Origin: Thermoanaerobaculia bacterium
GTDB lineage: Bacteria; Acidobacteriota; Thermoanaerobaculia; Gp7-AA8
Assembly (NCBI GenBank): GCA_035525215.1
Contig: DATLEY010000088.1
Span: forward strand, 8,159 to 72,158
DNA: 64,000 nt
Reading direction: 5' to 3'
Shown one piece after another: positions 57,865 to 64,000 of the stretch. Every line of letters starts with the position of its first letter. Within the stretch, counting starts at the first letter, position 1. The notes under the pieces were generated by a model. That model searched no databases. It was given only the letters and a program-made list of their open reading frames with translations, and was not told where the DNA came from. The position numbers and the translations under genes were made by a program.

Positions 57865-58800
57865 ATGAAGAGTAAATTTTCGGTCGCCACCGCGCTGATG
57901 CTCCTGATGGCCACCTCCGCGATGGCCAGCGCCTTCCGGGCCGGCGACGTGGTTTACCTGCCGGCAGCGGGAAAGGCCGCGGGCGCCGCAGGGTCGTTCT
58001 TCCGCACTGACGTCTGGATCTCCAACCTGAGCAATGCAAACGTCGACGTCTGGATCGCGTTCGGCGCCCGCGGCGCCGACAACAGCGGCTCTCCTGCCGC
58101 GGCCATCAAACTGGCGACGCCGCTGGCTCCCAACGAGCGCCGCGAGATCCTCGACATCATGCAGCTCGTCTTCGGTCAGTCGGACCTCGATCCTGCGCGC
58201 GTCGGCCACATGATCTTCTTTTCGTGCCGGGTCGGCGGCAACTGCTCCGACTGCGACACCAACTCGACGGACTGCCTTCCCATCACCGTGGAAGCGCGCA
58301 TTTTCACGACGAGCGCGAGCGGGACTTTCGGTCAGCTCATCCCCGGGATTCCCTGGTACAACTACGTTTCCCCCGATGCGGCCGATCGCCAGCTCCACAA
58401 AGTCTTCATCGTCGGTATTCGCCAGGACCCGGTGAACTTCCGCACCAACATCGGTCTGGTCAACGCCTCCCAGTTCTCCAGCGCCTCGCTTTCGGTGAAG
58501 CTGTTCCAGTCGAACGGCACCCAGTTCGGCAATACCTTTTTCCAGACCCTTCCGCCACTGGGGACAATCCAGCCCAACGTCGGCTCGATGTTCCCCGGAT
58601 TTTCGGGAACGGGAGCCTGGGTCGAGATCGAACAGGCACCCCTCACCAGCGGGAGCGATCCCGGCTTCTTGGCCTATGGCTCGCTGCTCGATAATCGCAG
58701 CAACGATCCGACGTACCTCGAGAGCCAGTACACGCAGCAGATGGATTTCGATTGTGTCTACGGCGCCAAACCAGAGCGCCGGCTCGTGCGACGCCAGTAA
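57865..58800 (+). CDS. secreted hypothetical protein (signal peptide, Cys-containing, N-x-S/T-rich)
   Basis: ATG at 57865 with an AAGGGGA Shine-Dalgarno upstream. Signal peptide MKSKFSVATALMLLMATSAMASA. Five Cys residues. No recognisable family. Confidence 0.5.
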   Translation: MKSKFSVATALMLLMATSAMASAFRAGDVVYLPAAGKAAGAAGSFFRTDVWISNLSNANVDVWIAFGARGADNSGSPAAAIKLATPLAPNERREILDIMQLVFGQSDLDPARVGHMIFFSCRVGGNCSDCDTNSTDCLPITVEARIFTTSASGTFGQLIPGIPWYNYVSPDAADRQLHKVFIVGIRQDPVNFRTNIGLVNASQFSSASLSVKLFQSNGTQFGNTFFQTLPPLGTIQPNVGSMFPGFSGTGAWVEIEQAPLTSGSDPGFLAYGSLLDNRSNDPTYLESQYTQQMDFDCVYGAKPERRLVRRQ

Positions 58801-58828
58801 GACAAGGATTCGGAGATTTGCCGCAAAA

Positions 58829-58862
58829 AGCCGGGCCGCACCTTTGGGTGCGGCCCTTTTCA
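58829..58862 (+). terminator. rho-independent terminator
   Basis: Perfect stem GGGCCGCACC / GGGTGCGGCCC with a TTT loop, followed by TTTTCA, 30 nt after the stop of the secreted protein. Confidence 0.8.
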
Positions 58863-58901
58863 TGGCCACGACTCTGCAGAGGAGGGGAGGAGAGGAAGAG
58901 G

Positions 58902-59582
58902 GTGGAGACTCAAAAAGGGAAAGAGCGCCGGTTCCAGCGGCTCCGCTTCGAGCAGCCGCTGGCTGCGCAGTTCGGGTCCGTCGAAACGGAGGTGCTCGAC
59001 CTCTCCCTCCAGGGCGCCCGCCTGGTCCACCTCCAACCTCTTCAGGCCGGCCGGGAAGCCGACCTGCGGTTTCGTCTGATCGACCGGGAGATCGTGGTTC
59101 GGTCCCTGGTTCTCCGCTGCAAGCTGGAGACTCCGGCGGTCGGGGCGAAGGGCAATCTTTACGCCTCCGGGATCCAGTTCACAGGCTCGGCCGGACCCTT
59201 GCGCGAGGTCATCGCCGAGCGGGTCCTCCATGCACTCGAGGAGCAGGTCGCGAACAAGAGGGGAGACTTCATTCCGCTGGCGGACCGGATGACGATCTTC
59301 CGCTCCGAGGATGTCCTTTCCCTGAAAGTCCCGCCGGGGCAGCAGCATGCCTTTCGTCCTCCGGGGGATGAGTTCGTATTGTGCACGCCCAGCGAGCGGG
59401 GATGGCGGCAGGTCCGGACCCGGGAGCAGCGTCAGCCTCTCGACGGATTCACGGTCTCCGGGTTGGAGGATCCCGCTCACATCGAGCTTCTCTGCGCGAC
59501 CTACCGGAAGTCCGACGAGGAGATGCGGAAGATGATCCGGATGCTCGCTGAGATCAGCGTCGGGATGGCCCAGGGGGTGTGA
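58902..59582 (+). CDS. PilZ-domain protein (putative c-di-GMP receptor)
   Basis: Contains RRFQRLRF (RxxxR) and DLSLQGARL (DxSxxG) PilZ signatures. GTG at 58902 preceded by a purine-rich GGAGGGGAGGAGAGGAAGAGG. Confidence 0.5.
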   Translation: METQKGKERRFQRLRFEQPLAAQFGSVETEVLDLSLQGARLVHLQPLQAGREADLRFRLIDREIVVRSLVLRCKLETPAVGAKGNLYASGIQFTGSAGPLREVIAERVLHALEEQVANKRGDFIPLADRMTIFRSEDVLSLKVPPGQQHAFRPPGDEFVLCTPSERGWRQVRTREQRQPLDGFTVSGLEDPAHIELLCATYRKSDEEMRKMIRMLAEISVGMAQGV

Positions 59583-59659
59583 TTCCGGGGGCCCGGCGCA
59601 ACCGGCGAGGGGGGCTCTGGAGGACCCCGGACCCGGCTGTCAGCGAGGAAGGCAGAGGG

Positions 59660-59888
59660 GGTCATTCTGAGGCCGCACGGGAGACCGCAGTGGCGGTAGG
59701 ATTGGTCTCGCGGCCGAAGAATCTCAGAATGCGCAGGCCGTCCTCGGGTTCTTATGGCGGTGCACTCGCATCGTACGAAGGCGTCTGGACGTGTGCAAGA
59801 ACCCGACAACGATCATCGCGGCTGAGATTCTTCGGCCGCGAGGCCATCTCATATTCTGCGCGGCTGGCGCGTGCGGCCTCTGAATGAC
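59660..59888 (+). repeat. nested-palindromic repeat element, copy F
   Basis: Full-length copy between PilZ (+) and rimP (+). It has a TCATTCtGAGG variant in the left terminal inverted repeat. Confidence 0.9.
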
Positions 59889-60081
59889 ACCCCTCACGGT
59901 TCGCGCCGATGCAAGTTTTTGCGAGTCAATTCGTCGCCCCGCGAAGAGGCTCAACGCGTGGAATGGCTATCAGATACGCCGTGTTGTCGCTTTTGCGCGT
60001 GGGGTGATACCATGCGTATCGACAGCTTTCGATTCATCGCGAAAGCGGCCGACTGGCCGCTTTTTTTATTGCTCGAACGGA

Positions 60082-60549
60082 ATGGCGGAACTTCCTGAAA
60101 AAGTCGCGGAGGAGATCGGCAAGATCGTTACCTCGGAGGGTTTCGAGCTCGTGCACATCGAGTTCAAGCCCAACGGGAGGAACTACTTGCTGCGAATCGA
60201 CGTGGACAAGGAAGGGGGGATCACCCTCGGTGACTGTCAGCTGGTCAGCAACCAGGTCAGCGTCTACCTTGACGTCGAGGACCCCGTTCCCGGGTCGTAC
60301 GACCTCCAGGTCTCCTCGCCCGGCCTGGACAGGAAGTTTTACACCGAATCGGATTACCCGAAGTTCGTGGGGCGGCTGGTGAAAGTGAAAACCTCACGCG
60401 CAATCGGCGGACTCCACGTGATCGTGGGGAGACTGCAGTCGTACGACGGGCAGCAGATCGTCGTGGTGGACGAGAAAACGAAGAGCCGGAAGTCCTACGA
60501 GATTCCGATGGCGGAGATCAAGGAAACACGGCTGGAAGTCGAGATTTAA
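60082..60549 (+). CDS. rimP: ribosome maturation factor RimP
   Basis: Contains GFELVHIEF ... YLLRIDVDKEGGITLGDC ... LQVSSPGLDR. Conserved position upstream of nusA. Confidence 0.85.
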   Translation: MAELPEKVAEEIGKIVTSEGFELVHIEFKPNGRNYLLRIDVDKEGGITLGDCQLVSNQVSVYLDVEDPVPGSYDLQVSSPGLDRKFYTESDYPKFVGRLVKVKTSRAIGGLHVIVGRLQSYDGQQIVVVDEKTKSRKSYEIPMAEIKETRLEVEI

Positions 60550-60608
60550 GAGATCAAAGACGGCGGGACGGCGCGCAGGCGCGTCCCGGCTCAAGGAGCC
60601 ACAGGCGC

Positions 60609-62219
60609 ATGTTCAGCGAGAACGTCGGCAAGGACATCAAAGCCCTCGCGTTCGAGAAATCGATCGATGTGGAGCGAGTTTTCTCGGCTCTCGAGGACGC
60701 TCTTTCGACCGCGGCGAAGAAGTACTACAAAACCCGCGAGCCGATCGAGACGGTCATGGACCGGGAGAGCGGGAACGTCGAGATCTATGTGGTGAAGGAT
60801 GTCGTCGCCACGGAGGAAGAGATCGAGGATCCCAATGCCCAGCTTCTGGTCGAGGACGCGCGCAAGCTCGATCCCGCCGCGGAAGCCGGCTCCAGGCTGA
60901 GGCTGAACTACATTCAGAAGACGGTCGTGGACATCATCGACGACCCTCTGACCGAGATCCGGACCTACGAGGCCCGCAAGATCGAGAAGGACGTCGAGCC
61001 TGGAGATACGGTCCGCATCCCGCTGACCAAGCCCCCTGAGGAGCTCGGACGGATCGCGGCGCAGAGCGCGAAACAGGTTCTTTACCAGAAGGTCCGCGAG
61101 GCCGAGCGGGAGAAGGTTTACCGAGAGTTCGCGAACAAAGTCGGAGAGCTCGAGAACGGTTACGTCAAGCGCTTCGAGCGGGGCGACATGATCGTCGATC
61201 TCAACGGCAAGACGGAGGGAGCCATCCCGCGCTCGCAGCAGTCACGCGCCGAGCGTTATGCAGCCGGCGACCGGATCAAGGCCGTCATCGTCGACGTTCA
61301 CACGCAGCCCAAGGGTCCGCAGGTCATTCTCTCCCGAACCGATCCCCGTCTCCTGATCAAGTTGTTCGAGATGGAAGTGCCGGAGATTTACGACGGCACG
61401 GTGATCATCAAGGGAGCGGTCCGTGAGCCGGGCGAGCGCGCCAAGATCGCGGTCACCTCGCGCGAGCGCGACGTCGATCCGGTCGGCGCATGCGTGGGGG
61501 TCAAGGGAAGCCGCGTGCAGTCGATCATCCGCGAGCTTCGCGGAGAAAAGATCGACATCATCCCCTGGCACGAGGACATCGTCCATTACGCCCAGAACGC
61601 CCTGGCTCCCGCGCGGATCACGCGCGTCAGTGTGACCTCGGACGAGGGGACGCGCCCGAATCTGGACGTCATCGTCGACAACGACCAGCTCTCTCTGGCC
61701 ATCGGCAAGCGCGGCCTCAACGTCCGCCTGGCGGCTGAGCTGATCAGCGGCAAGATCGACATCAAGTCCGAGGAAGAGGTCAAGGGCGAGGTTGCGGATG
61801 CTCTGAGCGCGATGCTTCACCAGGCCATGGCCCAGGCCCGTGCCGAGACGAACGTCCACGACATCGAGGAGATGGACCAGGGCATCGCCGATCTTCTCGA
61901 GGCCGCGGGGTACGACGATCTCGATTCGGTGCTCAATGCCAGCGTCGAGGATCTGACGGCGATTGAAGGAATCGACGAGGATGCGGCCGCTGAAGCGATC
62001 GAGCTGGCCCGACGGCACGAGATGGCCGAAGTCGAGCAGATGCAACCTCCCGCCGATGAGGACGAGGAGACGGAGTACGAAGACGAAGATTACGACGAGG
62101 AGGAGTCTGCCGAAGAGCAGGCCTCCGCGGATGGTGACGAGTCCGGCGGCGAGTCCACGGATGACGAAGAGGCCACGGAGGAAACTCCCGTGGCGACTGA
62201 AGACGTGGAACGTTCATGA
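60609..62219 (+). CDS. nusA: transcription termination/antitermination factor NusA with acidic C-terminal extension
   Basis: N-terminal domain, then S1 (GDMIVDLNGKTEGAIP), then KH1/KH2 (GACVGVKGSRVQSIIREL, GKRGLNVRLAAEL). D/E-rich tail. Confidence 0.95.
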   Translation: MFSENVGKDIKALAFEKSIDVERVFSALEDALSTAAKKYYKTREPIETVMDRESGNVEIYVVKDVVATEEEIEDPNAQLLVEDARKLDPAAEAGSRLRLNYIQKTVVDIIDDPLTEIRTYEARKIEKDVEPGDTVRIPLTKPPEELGRIAAQSAKQVLYQKVREAEREKVYREFANKVGELENGYVKRFERGDMIVDLNGKTEGAIPRSQQSRAERYAAGDRIKAVIVDVHTQPKGPQVILSRTDPRLLIKLFEMEVPEIYDGTVIIKGAVREPGERAKIAVTSRERDVDPVGACVGVKGSRVQSIIRELRGEKIDIIPWHEDIVHYAQNALAPARITRVSVTSDEGTRPNLDVIVDNDQLSLAIGKRGLNVRLAAELISGKIDIKSEEEVKGEVADALSAMLHQAMAQARAETNVHDIEEMDQGIADLLEAAGYDDLDSVLNASVEDLTAIEGIDEDAAAEAIELARRHEMAEVEQMQPPADEDEETEYEDEDYDEEESAEEQASADGDESGGESTDDEEATEETPVATEDVERS

Positions 62220-62263
62220 ACGCGACTTGAGGTCGCAGCCGGCAGGTTCAAGGAGCAGAGCGG

Positions 62264-64000
62264 ATGGCAAAGGTTCGGGTAAGTGATCTGGCGAAGCAGA
62301 TGGGGGTTTCCGACAAGGACCTCATTTTCAAGCTTCAGTCCCTCGGGGTCGAGGTGGAGAACGCCAATGCGTCTCTCGAGCCGGAGGTCATCGTAGCGAT
62401 TCTGTCCGGCAAGAAGCTGGCTTCCCGCCCGCGAAACGTCATCATGCGCGACGACAAGCGTCCCGACGGGGAGCCGGTCAAGGCGCGCAAGATCGTCCGC
62501 CCGCCCCGCCCGATCATCACTCCGCCCAAGCGCGAAGAGTCGGCTCCGGCAGCCACGGAACAGCCGGGCGCTGCCTCTCCGGCACCGATCATTCCGGAAT
62601 TCCTCGAGGCCGCGGAACAGGAAGCGCTGGAAGCAGAGCGCGCCGCCCGCGAGCCCAAGCCTGTCGCGGCTCGCACCCGAACCCCGAAACCGAAGATCAC
62701 CGAGCCTGCGCAGCCCGAGGCTCCGGCAGCGCCGAAACCGCCCGCTCCCGCCTCGGAAGAGTTTCCCTCACCGATCGTCCCTCGTCGTCCCGTCGGCCCC
62801 ACCGGTCCCAGGGCCACAGCGAGCCAGACGGCGCGTCCCAACTACCAGGGGCAGGGACAGTCGCCTCGAGCCGCGGGGGGCGGAACGCCGGCCGGCACCA
62901 GCCTGCGGCCCACCCCTCGTCCTCCTGTTGGTGGTTATCCGCCGGCTCCGCCGCGGCCGACCGGCCCGGCTGGACGTTCCGGGATGTCGGGCACTCCAGG
63001 CCGCGGCGCGCGGCCGATGGGAACACGACCCGCCGGCGGACGGCCCGGCATGGGCGTGCCACCGCCACCGCCCATCGCTCCGCCCTCACCTCTGAACCGG
63101 CGCAAGAAAACGGCGCAGGAAGAGGAGCGTCCCGAAAAGAAGAAGACGACCGGAAAACGGGGGAAGCGCAACGTCGCGACCGAAGAGGACACCGGGTATT
63201 TCACCAAGGGTCCGTTTTCAGCGCAGACGGTTCTCGATGACGACATGCCGGATGCCACGCCGACGAAACCCGTCGACGGAACCGAGGAAGAGGAGAGCAC
63301 CGGGACACAGCGCGCTCCGGCGGCTTCGACTCGTCGCGACGCCCGCAAGCAGGCTGCGCCTGTGAGCGGCCGCGTTCTCGAGTTCAAGAAACCGACCGGC
63401 CGCGTCACCCTCACCGAAGGAGTCACGGTCAAGGAGCTGGCGGACCGGCTCGAGATCAAGGCCAACGATCTCGTCAAACATCTGATGATGAAGAAGGGGT
63501 TGATGGTCAACATCAACCAGCCGCTCGGATCGGATCTTGCGGTCGAGATCGCGAGAGAGCTCGGACTCGAGGCCGAAGTCGTCTCCTTCGAAGAAGCGGT
63601 CGAGCTCGAGGCGATGGAGAAGATGGAAAGCGCCTCCGGCGGCACCGAGTCCCGAGCACCCGTGATCACGGTCATGGGGCACGTGGACCACGGAAAAACC
63701 TCTCTTCTCGATGCGATCCGGGAGACCGACGTCGCCGCAGGCGAAGCGGGTGGGATCACTCAGCACATCGGAGCCTACGCGGTCGAAAAGCGGGGACGGA
63801 AGATCGTCTTCCTCGATACTCCGGGTCACGAGGCATTCACGATGATGCGCGCGCGCGGCGCGAAAGTGACGGACATCGTCATTCTGGTCGTTGCGGCCGA
63901 TGACGGCGTGATGCCTCAGACGCGCGAGGCGATCGATCACGCGCGGGCCGCGAAAGTCCCGATGATCGTCGCGATCAACAAGATCGACAAACCGAATGCG
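62264..64000 (+). CDS. infB: translation initiation factor IF-2, N-terminal part; runs off the window end
   Basis: [29 protein letters not shown]-domain, a long Pro/Ala-rich linker, then the G domain [17 protein letters not shown] ... DTPGHEAF ... NKIDK. No stop before 64000. Confidence 0.9.
   Translation, partial: MAKVRVSDLAKQMGVSDKDLIFKLQSLGVEVENANASLEPEVIVAILSGKKLASRPRNVIMRDDKRPDGEPVKARKIVRPPRPIITPPKREESAPAATEQPGAASPAPIIPEFLEAAEQEALEAERAAREPKPVAARTRTPKPKITEPAQPEAPAAPKPPAPASEEFPSPIVPRRPVGPTGPRATASQTARPNYQGQGQSPRAAGGGTPAGTSLRPTPRPPVGGYPPAPPRPTGPAGRSGMSGTPGRGARPMGTRPAGGRPGMGVPPPPPIAPPSPLNRRKKTAQEEERPEKKKTTGKRGKRNVATEEDTGYFTKGPFSAQTVLDDDMPDATPTKPVDGTEEEESTGTQRAPAASTRRDARKQAAPVSGRVLEFKKPTGRVTLTEGVTVKELADRLEIKANDLVKHLMMKKGLMVNINQPLGSDLAVEIARELGLEAEVVSFEEAVELEAMEKMESASGGTESRAPVITVMGHVDHGKTSLLDAIRETDVAAGEAGGITQHIGAYAVEKRGRKIVFLDTPGHEAFTMMRARGAKVTDIVILVVAADDGVMPQTREAIDHARAAKVPMIVAINKIDKPNA

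Noticed and set aside
16702-59888. Possibility that the repeated elements form a CRISPR array.
   Set aside because: The repeats are about 230 bp rather than 25-50 bp, they are 1.3-14 kb apart with genes between them, and no cas genes are present.
1-64000. tRNA, rRNA, integrase, transposase, phage or toxin-antitoxin genes.
   Set aside because: No cloverleaf-like conserved tRNA features and no rRNA-like conserved blocks were recognised. No DDE/tyrosine recombinase motifs were found in any frame. The window looks like core chromosome.

Overview
This is a 64 kb high-GC (about 65-70%) bacterial chromosomal segment. The gene content is consistent with an Acidobacteriota-like or other Gram-negative environmental lineage: a DUF1800/DUF1501 pair, a Bat aerotolerance operon and weak Shine-Dalgarno sites. 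That lineage guess is inference only. The window is mostly housekeeping, but it has two unusual parts. The first is a roughly 14 kb respiratory superoperon (2558-16628, + strand). It encodes a Rieske/split cytochrome b complex, a giant 1086-aa octaheme cytochrome c fusion with an N-terminal coiled coil, a cupredoxin-like lipoprotein, and a complete aa3-type oxidase (ctaD, ctaE, ctaF, ctaC). It also carries ctaA, ctaB, SCO1 and DUF420/CtaM, which are needed for heme A synthesis and oxidase assembly. The second is a previously undescribed family of roughly 230 bp nested-palindromic intergenic repeat elements with about 25 bp terminal inverted repeats. It is present in five full copies and one half copy, all lying immediately 3' of genes. 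Three copies are flanked by a purine-rich GGGAAGAGGG-type motif, and two inverted copies bracket an orphan larC. Other content includes an aroDE-hisS-trpEGDCFBA-aroF aromatic supraoperon in which most junctions overlap or nearly abut (five 4-nt start/stop overlaps plus a shared-base TGATG). It also includes a MoxR-DUF58-VWA-TPR-BatD (Bat) operon, the DUF1800/DUF1501 pair, an EPS-type GT4 plus polyprenyl-phosphate sugar transferase, hemL, ftsEX, punA, rluD, rimP-nusA-infB, recO, rsmA, trxA, ridA and a secreted metzincin. A ZIP transporter, a 4x[4Fe-4S] ferredoxin and a HEAT-repeat protein lie at the left edge. No rRNA, tRNA, CRISPR array, transposase or integrase was seen.
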